Positions 11,358 to 24,954 of a DNA stretch of 64,000 nucleotides are shown piece by piece. The notes under the pieces were generated by a model. It was not told the origin of the DNA, made no database searches, and worked only from the letters and a program-made list of their open reading frames with translations. The stretch lies in assembly GCA_010015805.1 (NCBI GenBank), contig ML978121.1, forward strand, positions 3,596,001-3,660,000, in the 5' to 3' direction. The stretch comes from Rhizodiscina lignyota. Taxonomy: Eukaryota. How positions within the stretch are numbered: position 1 is the first letter of the stretch; each line of letters starts with the position of its first letter. The translations under genes and the position numbers were made by a program.

Positions 11358-14308
11358 ATGATGAATCTTAGTGAACCCCTCGCTCTTAGGCAGACCAACG
11401 GTGAGTGGACCTTCCACCTTGCAGCAGACGCAGGGTTTACGCAGCACTCGTCCGCCAGCAAAATCCACAAGAGCCACGCACAGAAGGCTAACGCAGCGCA
11501 TTTTTAATCCTACAGTATCGCATCCACGTCTTTCGCAAAGCAATTCCAAGCAGAGCCTCGCAGCCTCAGAAGACTACTACTCCCTCGAAGGATACTCGTC
11601 CAGCAACAACAGCGGTGATGAGAACTCGTCCAAGCACACGGTCATCAGATACAGCACACCTCCGTCGCGTCTGCGGAGTCCAGAACAGAAGGATGAACTG
11701 GAATACCCAGACACGCCAGAGACAGTGGTGAACCCACAGAGATCACGATCGCAAGAATCCGTTACCATCCCGCCCGCGGTGCACTTCGAGCCGCACCAGG
11801 TGAGACGGAAGCCGGTCGCTTCGTCAAGCTCCTTCGACGAGAAGAAGAGGACGCTGGCCATGGATCCCAATCGCTCACCTATCACCACCCCGGGAGTTGA
11901 CGATACGCCTTACATTCGTTTCGCAATTGATCAGCTCACGCGCGATGAGGAGGTACGCGGCACACGACTGTACGCGCCATCATCCTCACAGGCACGCGAC
12001 CCACGACCACAACCACAATCTCAACCTCAACCACAATCGCAACCGCAAAGGCAAAGATATGTACCAGAAGAAGATTACCCAGTCGAGACGGGCATACATG
12101 ATGAGGGACTGGGATACATGGAACAGCAGAAAGCGGCATCAGCTGGGACTGGCTTCCCTGCGCCAGCTGCTGTACCAGCCCGACATCCTCAGCATACCGC
12201 ACGGAGGCAGACAAACCAAGATCTGCCTCCTCCACTGCCGGCACCTCCAGGTACGTGTGTCCAAATAGTTTATTGTTCATATATGCTAACCATCCGTAGG
12301 CTCGCCCGATGTCTTCGTACCCTTCCGCGCACCCATCGATTCACCAAGCTACCCTCCCCTCAACTTCCTCCCAGGCATACTTCGCCCCGTATGGCTCGGC
12401 CTATACATCTTCCTCGTCATCCTCATGCTCGTCGGCCTCATGTTCTCCGCGATATGGTCAGATAAGCATAACGGATTATGGATGTATCGCGCTTTTGGCG
12501 ACGGGCGATACTTCGTTTTCGAATACCTGCCAATAATGCTGGGCATGATCCTGCTGATATGGCTCTTTGAGATTGAAAGCGCAACGACACGCCTCGCACC
12601 GTTCCTGGGATTATCCTCACAGTCTACGCGCGCACGATCCAATGCCGTTTTCCTCGACCTCTACCCCACACAATTCTTGATCCCCAGGATCGAATACTTC
12701 CGCTCTGGACAGCCGCTCATTGGAGCGTGCTTCCTCGCCTTTTGGCTCTTCCTATTCACAATCCCGCTCCTCGCCTCCGCTTTCAACGCCCAGTTCTTCG
12801 GTTCTGTCAGTACCGGACAGTGGCGTTGGGTTGCAGTCCAAGGTGTCATCTGGACCTGCATCGCACTTTACTTCATCCTCCTGATCGCCTTGATCGTCCT
12901 CACAATCTACCTCTTCCGCACCACTACAGGCTTGAAATGGGATCCGCGCACCATCGCAGATATCATTGCGTTGCTCGAGCGCTCAAATATCATGTCCGAC
13001 TACGCCGGCACAGAAACCTTCTACAAGACTCTCGAGTTCCGCCAGCGTCTCTGGAACCGCACAGACAGGCTGGGTTACTGGACTACAACCCGTCGCCCGA
13101 ACGACCTCTTCTACGGCATCGGCGAGGAGGGTGGCGCCACACGCGTCTACTCCATCGAAGGTGGCCGTATTAAAGAGAAAGCCCCTGCTCTATCCTCCTC
13201 CGGCGTTCGTGGCCGTGAACGAGCAGAAACCACATCCCAACGCCCCATCAGCGACGGCAACGGCGCTGGAGGCGTCTACTCCATCCGCTCCGACATCCGC
13301 TCCACCTCCACCCGCCGCCGCTTCCTCCCTTGGTATCTGCGCGACTCCGCACTCGTAGCATGGTCGCTCATCGCCATCATCCTCTATATCGCCTTCCTGG
13401 TCGTTTCCTTCGTCAACGACGCGTTACACAAGGGCTTCTCGCCCTCGTTGAAGGCTGGCTCCAACTCTGGCGGCTTTTCCGCCGCAAACTTCCTGTATAG
13501 CTTCGTCCCCACCCTCGTCGCAATGCTGCTCTACCTCTTCTGGCAGCCGATAGACTTCGCCTATCGACGTCTCGAACCCTTCGCGCGCCTGTCCGATCCC
13601 AGTGGTGCGACGGCAGAGAATTCGATTCTCTTAGACTACACCGCCAGCTTCCCCCTAATCGTCACCATCAAGGCCTTAGCGAACGGCCATTGGACACTCG
13701 CCTTCGTCACACTCATGACCTTCCTCAACACCACTCTCCCCATCCTCGCGGGTGGCCTCTTCTGGTCGCAGTTCTACACTTCCAACTCGGCCGTGCGCGT
13801 CGCAGCCTCACCGCCCGCCTTATACGCGCTCTGCGTGTTCCTCGCTTTCTACGCAGTCAGCTTCTTCGCCTTGTACAGAGGACGCAAGAGACGCGCGTTG
13901 CCGCACGAGGCAAGAAGTCTCGCACACATTGTCAGCTGGCTGTATATGAGCCGGCTGCTGGGTGATCGGGCATTTGCGCGGTGCAACACGAAGGCGGAGC
14001 TCGTGGCGAGGCTGCTCGGTGGGGAGATGCCGCCGTTGAGGGAGAACTTCATGGCGAGTATGACGAATCTTGTCCGAGGCAATGGAAGCAGGGCGAATGT
14101 GGCGGCGGAGAAGGCGCCTGCTGGAAGAGAGGGAAGAGGAATGCATCAGGTGCAGGTGCCGGGGCAGGTGATGTATGGGTTTGGGGTGTATGTTGGTCGG
14201 GATGGAAGAGAGCATTTGGGGATTGATAGGGTGAGGAGAGAGGGCGCGAGTGAGATGGTGTTGTTTGATGATGTGAAGGGAAGGAAGAGGAGGAGTTTAC
14301 TGAGCTGA
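11358..14308 (+). CDS. DUF3433 / SPRAY-like multi-pass membrane protein
   Basis: Exons 11358-11400, 11516-12250 and 12300-14308 (GTGAGT...GCTAAC...CAG; GTACGT...GCTAAC...TAG). Motifs TPGVDDTPYIRFAIDQLTRDEEV, TGLKWDPRTIAD, DFAYRRLEPFARLS; two hydrophobic repeat halves. Confidence 0.85.
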
Positions 14309-16097
14309 TGCTAATGCTGATGCATTTATGATTTTGATGGCTATGGCTATGAGATACGGCCATGACTTTTTAACGATTGGATAATGTTAATAATGTACAA
14401 GATATGGATAGACGATGATAGAGATGAGACGAGTAGGGAGATTGGGACTGGATTCGATCGGAGAGACTTTGGGATTGGGATTTATTAGAAAGGCTCCTGA
14501 TGCTGAAACGGGAGATGGCTGTATACCCACTGTATTCTAGCTGAACGATAATTGAAAGATATCCGACTGAAATGACCTCTTTGTCTGATTTATTTATCCT
14601 GTTAATCTTAGTTTATGTTCTGGGCTGGCCATACACTGCTGGGAACAAGTGAGAGTTTCCTGAATGAAGAGCTAGTCTCCTAAGGATTTGAGTGCGGTGG
14701 TACCGAATTTTAGGTGTCAAGGGCCCCTGGAATGGGCTGATCACCCCCAGGATACTTGCTCTTTGTACCGGTGGCAGGGTAGCACAAGCGCTGAGACAGA
14801 ACCCTACAAAATTCTCATGTAGGAGACACCCACTTCGTCTCCACCATCGTCGTCACCACAGCTCCTGAAATCCTCGTCTTTTCAACGCCACAAGTCTTCT
14901 TCCGGCCATTTTCGATCGACTTTGCATTTGCGTATGTGGGCAGTTCGATCATGCATGACCGGCAGACGAGATCCACACCGGTCTCGCCCTTTCGTCCGTG
15001 CCGTTATGAGATTTCAACTCCACAAATCCACACCTTTGGGGAGATCGTGACCACATGAAGGTATGAGAAGATTCGATCTTAGGTACTTATTCCTCATTCC
15101 TGGCCGATTATTCATCGTTGTAAGTTCCCATTTTGTGTCGAAGTTGGACATGCTTCCTCTTTCGATGTATATTTCTGGCTGTCAAAGTTCTTTCTGCTCT
15201 CCCGTCTCTTCTACCAGCCACCACGGCGTATTAAAGGTGCCGAGAAAAAAGCGTTTCAGTCTTCTTGGCCGTTTTGAATCGCGTTCCTGCATGGCGTTCC
15301 CTAGTCCGCCCACGTTTCACAGCCTTTGGCAAATCGAATCATCTCCATTATTATTCTCGTCCGGGACGGGCACGGACTACCGAGGGCATCGCATGCCAAA
15401 CGCAGCATCTAGGTTTCTTCCCAGTTCCCAAGCTTGCAACTCCACTTCGATCGTTTCCGGCTTCTTGGGATACAGTATGCTTTGCATGGTTCTATGTCTC
15501 CGCTTGATTGGGTGGTACACCTGCCGTATGGCCTCTCTCCTCTTTGCTTATGTGAACTGCGGAATAGACACAATGGCCCGCTTTGTCGACCAGTTTATAA
15601 GTGCCTCTCGTCCTGTTTGTCTCGAAATTCCCCCGTCGAAGATGGTGACATAGAGAGCTTGCGTATTCAATGTGAGTCTAATGTCTTCCTTATTGCTGCT
15701 ACTTTGTCCGTACTTGTCGTTCCAAGTGCGTTCAATTCATGCCCGGACTACTCAATTGCTTCCGGCAGTATCCGCATGCGCTTGGAAGGGTGTGTTTGGT
15801 TCTCATTGTTCACGTCAAAGCTCGCCTGCTGTGACGTTCCGCAGGCAGATGCATCATGTGAGGAGAAGTGAATAAATCTACTGCGAATTTTCTTTGTGCG
15901 CGTGCGGAGTTCCCCAGGCTTCAATTTGCTTCTCGAAAGGTGTTGTGAAACAAGTATTTAAAACTCGCCAAATCGTTCCTTCCTTCTTCGCCTCTTCACC
16001 GAACAAAGAACTACCACCTCAGCTGACCCTCTCAAGTAACTTCAATCCGCTAGATTAAGTCTGCTTGTCGACACTGCAACCAATCCTCACCGTCAAG

Positions 16098-16497
16098 ATG
16101 AAGCTCTCAGTCGTCGCTGTTGCGCTTGCTGCGCTCGTTCCCTTCAGTGCTGCCACCACCAAGTACTGCTGCCTAAAGGCGAACCCGGACTTGCTCTGCA
16201 ACTGCCGTCTTACCAACCTCATGAACACTTCTGCTCATCGTGCTGAGCTCTGTGCGTTATCCCGTCCCCCTTGCATGGAGCACTTTAGCTGACTCCCTGT
16301 TCAGGCGATTACACCAAGAAGGCGAAAACTTGTGCCTCTTCGAAGACCGCCAACTACTGCTGTTCGAGCGTAAGATCCCTTTGTCTAAGCTGTCAGAAAG
16401 AGCTGTCACTTATTTTTCCCAGGTTGCCGACGCAGACTGGGAGGGAACTGAGCCTCGCTACAACGCCAACGGCTGTGTTAAGGCTGTTGCCTGCTAG
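16098..16497 (+). CDS. Small secreted cysteine-rich protein (97 aa, 10 Cys), effector or antimicrobial candidate
   Basis: Exons 16098-16251, 16305-16369 and 16423-16497 (two 53-nt GT-AG introns). Spliced product MKLSVVAVALAALVPFSAA|TTKYCCLKANPDLLCNCRLTNLMNTSAHRAELCDYTKKAKTCASSKTANYCCSSVADADWEGTEPRYNANGCVKAVAC. TATA-like TATTTAAAA near 15955. Confidence 0.8.
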
Positions 16498-17048
16498 GCA
16501 CCTGAAAGCCGATAGCACGATATACATGGCATTACCGTGTTATTTGGGGTTCAAGTTGAGAGCGCATGGGTCTCAATGACCGTGGATTCGGGCCCCTTTG
16601 ATACGAGAGCGATCGGTGCAGACATCGATGAAATTCTGAGATTGTGAACGAACACCTTTAGAGTCCGTCTCTTAAAGATTTCATATACATAACAATCAAA
16701 GACACAATATCTGACCATTTACTCTATTAAATGTGCTATAAGTTCTGGAATAGCCGCCGCTCTGGATGCATGAGAGGCGGGGCTCTCCGATCAAGCACCA
16801 TGTGGTATTTTCTCGCCGATTAAGTTCCGAGCCTGTCTTGCCAAATATTTCAAACTTAATGGAATTTCTTGAGTAGTTAATTGCCCTACTTTAGGTAAGT
16901 AATGTATCAAGTATATCGCGAGACACACATTGAGATTAGCGCAGACTGTACGCCGTGGCCGTGGTTCTCCGCCGTCGCCGTCCTTAGCTCTACTATGAGA
17001 CTTCAGCCATCGCAACTTACTCGTTGACTTCTGAAAATAGTCTCAGCG

Positions 17049-18757
17049 ATGTCAGGTATAGGCATCGTAGCAGGCCTACTCAATGGCGATTTCCAAGCAC
17101 CTCTTGTATCTCATGAATCGTTTCATCTCTATAACTGTTCTGCGGATGCAATAAGATGGCCAACTCTCCATGGCGCAGAAATAACCTCCCTTCAAGCTTC
17201 TCTCGTCCAAGATTTTGCTATAAGAGAGTTATCTCCCATTCAAGACACCCACGCGAACGTTTACACTGGTCCTTTGAATTTCTGCAACGTCACAGTCACT
17301 CACACACACCCTGGGCAGCATGACCGCGTTTCCACCCAAATATGGCTGCCACTGTCACCAGAATGGAATGAGCGGATGAAAGCTGTCGGAGGCGGAGGTT
17401 GGATCGCTGGTATGCATCCGGGGCTGGATATGAGCATGGCAAATGCCATAAGTACAGGATATGCCGCTGTCACGACCGATGGTGGACTCCCTGGACCGAC
17501 GCCGGAAGAGTGGGCGATTCTAAGCCCGGGGAACATCAACCTCTATACCCTTCAGAACTTCGCATCCGTGTCGCTCAACGATGCAGCAATCGTCGGCAAG
17601 AGTATCATACATGCGTTCTACGGTCAATATCCAGAGTACTCGTATTGGTCTGGCTGCTCACAAGGAGGCCGTCAGGGGCTCATGCTCGCTCAACGGTATC
17701 CTAAGGCATTCGATGGCATCGTTGCTAATGCACCAGCGATAAACTGGAATGAATTCTTCATCGGCGGGCTGTTCCTTCAGCAGCTGATGAACGAACTCCG
17801 AGTGCATCCATATCCTTGTGAACTGGATGCGCTTACCTCCGCAGCCATCAATGAGTGCGACTATAAAGACGGACTTGTCGACGGTATTATCTCGTATCCT
17901 GAACTTTGCGATTTTGATCCGTATACGCACGTCGAATCTCCCGTATATTGTGCCGATACTGGTACTACACGTCCGATCTCCACAGCAGCCGCGGCTGTCG
18001 CACACGCTGCATGGACGGGGGCAAGAGGAAGCAATAATGAGTTTCTGTGGTATTTGCCTGGATTCGAAGCAAACTTGACCTCTCCGTTGTCACTAGCTCA
18101 AACCGTGTGCGGTGCCAACGGTTGTACAGGTATACCGCAGGGTATTCTTTATCCTTGGCTCACGCTGTTCATCAAGAGAAATGAGTCTTTCGACTTCTCA
18201 AAGATGACACGAAGAGAATTCGAAAGTGCATTCCACACGGGTGTGAGGGAGTTTGAGTCGATAATGGGTAGTAACTACCCAGACTTGAGGGATTTCCGCG
18301 ATACAGGTGGCAAGATGGTGACCTACCATGGTCTCGTAAGTCGAACTTCCCCTTACATATTGAGACTTAAAGCGGGACTTAGCATCTCGAAGTATGCAAC
18401 TGACCAACCTGCTGCCAGGCCGACCCAATCATACCGTCGAACGGAACGAGGCATTATTACGAAGCCGTTATGAGAACCGATCCACACACCCACGATTACT
18501 ATCGACTATTCGAATCTCCTGGCCTTGGACACTGCGCTGGGGGCCCGGGCGCATTTCCAACCGGAATATTCAACGCCCTTGTTCGATGGGTGGAGCATGG
18601 TGAGGTACCGGAGTACTTGGAGGCGACGAGCTTTCCTGACGACAATGGAAACGTGAAAGAGCGGATTCTGTGTCCTTATCCGAAGCGCGCAAAATATACC
18701 GGGAAGAACGGGGCGAACTCTTTTGATAGCTTTGATTGTGTAGACTGGGTTCCTTGA
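17049..18757 (+). CDS. Tannase / feruloyl esterase family hydrolase
   Basis: WNERMKAVGGGG, catalytic GCSQGGRQG, YHGL|ADPII across an intron (about 18336-18418), PGLGHC, and LCPYP near the C-terminus. Confidence 0.92.
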
Positions 18758-19055
18758 TTGTGAACCCGAATTGGGAAGTTGAACAACGATGCGGCTGGAC
18801 ATGGAATGGAAGCACTGTGGCCTTTGACAGGCGACAGAAAATAAATGTTAAATACCTATTACCATTAGCATAGCCATGTGGACTGTGTCCTTTTCTCGAA
18901 AGAAATGGCGCAAGCAGGTGACTTTCCCGTCCAACGGTGCGCGCTGCGCCTCCGCCATTTGATTCCTCAGGCTGCGATTATTTAAACTCACCCTCTCTAA
19001 CTCTTCAGCCTTTGGTCCTCCCACAGTTATACTTCACTAAGATAATCGAGTCAAT

Positions 19056-20051
19056 ATGTCGCTTTTTAACCCTCAATTTCAAGTCCTGTCTGATTTACAT
19101 CTCGAGACTCCAATCTCACAACCATCATACTCCTCCTTCAGGATCGATGTGCAAGCCTCGCATGTATTCCTACTCGGCGACATCGGGCTTGTCAAAGGTC
19201 ATGGATTATTCGAATTCCTCGAGCGTCTTCTGAAGTTAACGCCGAATGTTAAGATTTACTACGTCTTCGGCAACCACGAGGCTTATCAACTCACTATGAA
19301 TGCCGCTCGGCAAGCGGTGGAAGACTTTGCCTCCAGAATGACGCGAATGTACGGAGGCCGTTTCTTCTTTCTCCATCGGACGCGCCATGACATCAACCGT
19401 ACCATTACGATACTCGGCTGCACTCTATGGACAGAAGTGTTGCCTATGCAAGCCGTCGAAGCACAACGGCGGCTGACCGATTTCAACGAGACACGAGGCA
19501 TCCGTGACTGGACACTCTCAGACCATCTCGATGAACATCATCAGGATGTCGCATGGCTTAATGAACAAGTCTCTAAGATCGCGAATGAAGAGCCTGAGCG
19601 GCAAATCATCATCCTTACACATCACAGTCCGACGGTGGACGCAAGAGCAAATGATTCGGTACACGTTTCTAGCAGTATCAAATCCGCCTTTGTCACGGAT
19701 CTTTCATCGCAACATTGCTGGATGTCGAAGGAGGTCCGCATGTGGGCATTTGGACACACGCACTACAGCTGCGCATGTTGGGAGGAAGATTCGGGGAAGC
19801 TTGTCGTCGCAAACCAGAAAGGGTACAGTGGACTCGGTGCTGGATCTGGTGGTCTTGAAACGCGAATTGTTGAAGCTGTTGGAGAGCGATGGAGCATACT
19901 CCCGCAACAATCGGACGCAACCTTGATGACGAAATCCGCAAGGCCTTCCCATGGTCCGAAGAAGCCAGAGTGGGAGGCCAAGGCGAAGGGTGCCTGGGGC
20001 AAGATTAGCAGATTCATACATAAACGTCGAAAACCGCAAAATGAAAAATGA
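19056..20051 (+). CDS. Calcineurin-like metallophosphoesterase
   Basis: Motifs SDLHLE, LLGDIG, FGNHE, THHSP, FGHTH, ANQKGY; single exon, 331 aa. Confidence 0.92.
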   Translation: MSLFNPQFQVLSDLHLETPISQPSYSSFRIDVQASHVFLLGDIGLVKGHGLFEFLERLLKLTPNVKIYYVFGNHEAYQLTMNAARQAVEDFASRMTRMYGGRFFFLHRTRHDINRTITILGCTLWTEVLPMQAVEAQRRLTDFNETRGIRDWTLSDHLDEHHQDVAWLNEQVSKIANEEPERQIIILTHHSPTVDARANDSVHVSSSIKSAFVTDLSSQHCWMSKEVRMWAFGHTHYSCACWEEDSGKLVVANQKGYSGLGAGSGGLETRIVEAVGERWSILPQQSDATLMTKSARPSHGPKKPEWEAKAKGAWGKISRFIHKRRKPQNEK

Positions 20052-20718
20052 AAAGTAAAAGCTTGAACTGTTGCCAACTTATAAGTCAACCACTGCAAGG
20101 AACCTCTTTGCCATGAGTGTACTTGCGTCCGGGCACCGCTTAAAGGTCAAGTAGAATCTCGAGGCCTTAGGCTTCAGGCATGTATCATGAAATCAACGGA
20201 ATCTCGATGCTTTAGAGAATGCTTGGGTTGAAACATTATTGCCACCATTAAAGCAATCTAGACAATGTCTGTCGAAGCGGATTGGAATTTGAGCACAAGG
20301 TGTAAGGTTGCGGGAGCAAATGACGATGGACGTAACGATCGGGAACAAGCTCATCGGAGTCTTTAACGCGACAATCACGCAGAAGCTGCAGCATCAGCCA
20401 TCTAGCAAAGAGAAGTTGAAGATCTTGTACGCTTTACAGTTGTTACCTGGCCACGGATTGGGTGGAGTTCCGAGAGGTGCTGTGGCTTCAGCCCCTTTCA
20501 GGGTTCGCTTGTTCCAAGACGGGATGATGATCTGCAGAATCAAGCCACAGTGACGACGTCACGGACGTCTATCCAACTTCCAAGTCCCCGCAGTGATGAA
20601 GGCCAGGGTACATTGCACTGATCAGCGTCACTTATTTCCCGCTCATGATCTCACTGTCTCGATTCCTTCTTCAATTTTCTTCAATTACTTCCCTATTACC
20701 GCCAATTGTAACTCAAGA

Positions 20719-22251
20719 ATGGCGCCAGTTACTACCGACGGCGCGAAAGCGGAAAATCCCAAGCGTTCAAAGTGGAATCCATTCTCAAAGGACAAGCAGA
20801 AAAGTGACGAAATTAAACCTGAGAATCCGACGCCAGCTACAGCAAATACAAACCAGAACAACTATCTCCGGCCCTCGACTGACTCTGCCTACGGTAGCAG
20901 TGAGCAGAGCAATTCCTTGACTACCTCTGAGGGCGGCGCGAGCGGCCAATTAAGCTCGAAGCAAACCAATAATGCTTCTGGCGGTCAGCCTACGACGCCG
21001 ACAGGCCAACAGAACCATGAAGTGCCTGTAAATGGCAACTTGAACCACACAGGTCCGACAATCAAAAGGGAAGTACGCAATGCCGGAAATGACACCTCCG
21101 TCACAACTGTCACTACCACCACGACAACCACCACGATTGTAACTGGGCCTAATGGCTCGACGACGATCCAAGAACCACGTGCAGAGCTTCCAGATGGCCG
21201 CACGACTCCTCAACCTTCCCAGAGCGAAGCCGTCCAGAACGCTATTAATGAGCGGGGCAACGACACTGGCACTACCGGTGTGGCATCCCAAGCCCAAAAG
21301 CAACAGCGACGCCGCTCCTTGACGCCCGGCCAGCGGCCGATACCAGAGCGTGATCCCGGTCTCTTGTCTCCAATAGGTCCCAGACAAAGTCAAGACGAGC
21401 CAGCACAGAACAGCAACGGTCCTGCAATTCCATCGCGAAGTCCTCATCGGCATTCTTTCCTCGAACGAATCCTTCCAAGCAATGATAATCAATCACAAAA
21501 TCAACCAGCTCCATCAGCTACATCCCCACAACAATCACACAACTTCTCGTACCCCAGACAGAGTCGACTTGCACCTAATCAAACTCAGAATCAACCAGTA
21601 GACTCGGTACCACAGCAGCTGCGGCCAGGGGAAGCACCTGGCTCAACTAGGGATAATCTCAAGACCGCGGCTGCCGGTATACATGTAAGTATTTCCGTCA
21701 TACCTCCCTTTCCGCAATGCCAAAGCGATTTGACATTGACCATGCTTTAGGGTGTTGCAGAAACCCTCCGGGGCACTATCGCCTCCGAAGCAGACCGTCG
21801 CCTGCGAGTTGGCAGGGCTACCGAAGCCGACTACGCGAGAAACCAAGAGATTGTGAATTCCGGGCGACAAGAAATCGAGACCGGAAATTTCTCACGCCAC
21901 ACGAAAGACAACGCCGTGTCTGTACCCTTTTCACAAGCAAGAAAACCTGTAGCTGGTGTGGATCAGGATGGAAGGCCAGCAAACGGATATAGGCAGCCAA
22001 GCCCACAAGATGCAAATTCTGGAGCCCCAGTGGATGGCAATACAAGACCGCAGAGCTGGGGAACTGGATGGGCAGGCCAGCCGGAAAATACCAGCGGTAG
22101 TGGGAGAGGAGGAAAACTGGACAAGTGGCTGCACAAGGCTAGCTCTCACCCGTCCGAGCGGAGTGGAACTGGAGGCGGAGATTTGAAGCAGGAAAGAGAA
22201 AGGACAAAACTGAGACGACGAAGTGGAGGGCTGAGGACTCTCAATGAGTAA
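20719..22251 (+). CDS. Hypothetical low-complexity protein
   Basis: Exons 20719-21684 and 21751-22251 (GTAAGT...TAG). Splice joins NLKTAAAGIH|GVAETLRGTI in frame; Thr run and Gln/Pro/Ser-rich. Confidence 0.75.
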
Positions 22252-22407
22252 TGTTATGTAAGACAGGATGTAAGATACGAATGAAAGCGCTGCGAAATAA
22301 AGTCGTAAGAGGAAGATATTCAGACTGTATGGCGCTCAGGTGGCTTGGTGTTGTAGATATACCCTTTCCTTCATGCTCTGTACGATAGGCGAATAATGCC
22401 GCAGCTA

Positions 22408-23746
22408 TTACCAGTTCTTGAGCGTGTCGTTCAGTACTTCGACAAACTCTCTGATCTCCTCCACTGATTCACTGTTAACAAAGTGCACATCTCCTCGCGT
22501 GATTCTTCACTCACATGTATTGTAATGCACCATACTGACTCTGATCACGCCCAAATCTCTTGCCTCCTGCGGCAAATCCGGCATCAGAATCTCGTGTATC
22601 AATCTGTAGCTGTAAAAGCCTCCCCATCTGAATCCGAAATCGCTGTTTGCCTCGGTTCGCTCCACCACCTCCTTCGAGTTCTTCCCTTTGAACGAAAAGC
22701 TCACGGTCGGTACACGCAATTTCGGGTCTGGGCTGCGCTCTCCATATACCGTCACATCGTCTCTAGAGTTCAAATAGCTTAACAGCACATCCTGTAACTC
22801 CCCTTCGTGCTCCGCCACTTCCTTGAAGAAAGCCCCGGAGTTGTTGCCTCCGAGATACTCAACTACCTTCGGTATGGCGGACACCAATTCATAGTTCGCT
22901 GCTGCAAGACCAAGTTTATTCTCAAGTGTCGCCGTCGGGTTGAAGAAGTGGCCCAAACTGGCCAGTTTATCGAACGTCCGCCGGTGTGCGTACAAGTTCG
23001 CTATGTGCGGGCCGTATACCTTGTACCAGCTGAACGAATAGAAGTCTACATCTAAGGCTTTCATGTCGAGCTTCCGGTGCGGCGCATACGCAACAGCATC
23101 AACGCAAATCATAGCCCCTGGAATTGTGTGCACCGTGTCTGCCAGAGCGCGGATGTCATGGATGGTACCAAGGATATTGGACGCATGTGTGCAGGTGACA
23201 AGCTTCGTCTTGCTACTTAGCAGCGGCTTGAGGTTCTCCGGTGTCAGCTTTGGGTTATGGCAAGGCACAGCGGACTCTGTTGACCACCACTTGATAGTGA
23301 GGTTCTTCTGTTCTGCAAGCGTAACCCATGATGCAATGTTGGCTTCGTGGTCGAGCTTGGAGATGACGAGTTCGTCGCCTGCGGAGAGCAATGGCCCGAG
23401 AGACTGAGAGAGATTCCGGAATAGCTGGGTCGTTGATGGGCCCAGTACTACTTCATCTGCAGCGGCATTGATATAAGAGGCCGCGGCTTCGCATCCTTTG
23501 TTGTAGAGGGTTGTTGAAGCTTGCCCAACAGGGTATGTGGCGCCGAGTTGGACATTGGTGTTCGCAAGATAGTCTGTTATCCTACAAGCCTGTCAGGGCA
23601 CATGAAGAACGCAAAATAAAGACCGCGTACGATTGTATGACAGATCCAAGCACCTGACTTCCGCCGGCGTTGTCAAAGTACACCTGCTTCTTTCCCAGCG
23701 CAGGGAATTGCTGCCTTGCCTTCCGTACGTCTAAATATTCGGGCAT
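22408..23746 (-). CDS. PLP-dependent class V aminotransferase / cysteine desulfurase-like protein
   Basis: QFPAL...YFDNAGGSQ, DHEANI, VDAVAYAPH, PLP-lysine FSWYKVYGPH, IRVSMVHYNT. Introns near 23630-23582 and 22513-22464. Confidence 0.92.
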
Positions 23747-24438
23747 GCTGTTCCTGAGATATAGACGTAACTAAAATGGGTAGAAAAGAGATGGACCCCT
23801 AAAAGCCCAAGAGCAATTGCACGGGGCAGAAAAGAAGATACAAGCAGCTTATGGAGCTTGTGAAGACGCAATTGCCTTCCTAATCGGAGATGGCGGAAAA
23901 CCAACGGTATCCCGATGTCGCGCGAGTGTACTCCGTGTCGCGGGGCATTCTGGCCCTTACAGGACCGCCTACACTGCGGAGACTTCAACTTAAAGGGAAC
24001 TGCGGTGTTTCATTTTATGAAGAGCTCATTATGGAAGATATGTAGTATTGAAGGGTGCGGATACTTCAGGGGCATTGTGGACTTTCGGAAGGCCATCAAC
24101 ACACGGGGCTCGGTGAGGTCAGAGCACAGGCTTCGGATTCAAGACCATTGCTTGCATCATTGCGAAGAAATGGGCCACTTGGGGATTGAGAGGGCAGTTC
24201 ATTGCTAAGGCTTACTGAAGTTGGGAGACATTTGGCCTTGTAACGCTGCCCTGCGGCTGTTTGGATTTGCTCAATCTTGCTCCCTCACACTTATGTACAC
24301 CAAGAGTTGGGCTCGCACGAGCTATCTTATTGACAAATGACCCCAGAAAAGGCTTGAAATGCTTATAAATGCGGAGTATATCGATAATGTCTTAGATCCG
24401 GTGAACTTGCACGAATGCCCCGACGAGATAATAATACC

Positions 24439-24702
24439 ATGGAGAATCTGAACGAGATATTGAAACACGACTACAGAACGAATTTCTCTGCACGCGAGAG
24501 AGACGACTTGTCGAGGGTGTTGATGCGAACTGTACAAGCGTCCGCCATAACTGAAGTGGAGTTAAAGCACGGGATATTACATGCAGTATTCCTCCGGCAG
24601 GCTCTTGTCTGTGATGAATTGATTGTTGGCCATTGGCTTTTGCTCGATCTACACAATACAAGAGGGTCCGGCCTGGGATTCGTGACGCCGCCATATCCTT
24701 AG
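24439..24702 (+). pseudogene. Orphan family copy 1 (87 aa, internally deleted)
   Basis: ILKHDYRTNFS and LDLHNTRGSGLGFV match the N- and C-termini of copy 2; about 80 central residues are missing. Confidence 0.6.
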
Positions 24703-24954
24703 TCAGATTAAACCTAGCATACTCTATAGCTGCCACTGAATCCCGCAAAGAATGATGAATCAGTTCCGTATTCTGTCCGGATTTGCCCAATCATGAGCAC
24801 ATAGCACTCACTGTTGGGCTCATAAGGATTATTTTTACTGACAAACGGCGCTGACAAGTCCTGAGACGCTTTGTATATAAAGCTGGAGCATACCGGTATC
24901 GCTTTTGACCTGATGAACTAGTTCTAATACCTCCTTGTGTGAGCGAAGAACATC

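Noticed and set aside
15063..15871. 196-aa and 145-aa ORFs; the minus strand looks vaguely like decayed coding sequence
   Set aside because: No recognisable motif and multiple stops on the minus strand; cannot be supported without BLASTx.
17049..20051. Tannase plus metallophosphoesterase as a functional pair
   Set aside because: Adjacent and co-oriented, but no shared pathway logic or shared promoter is visible.
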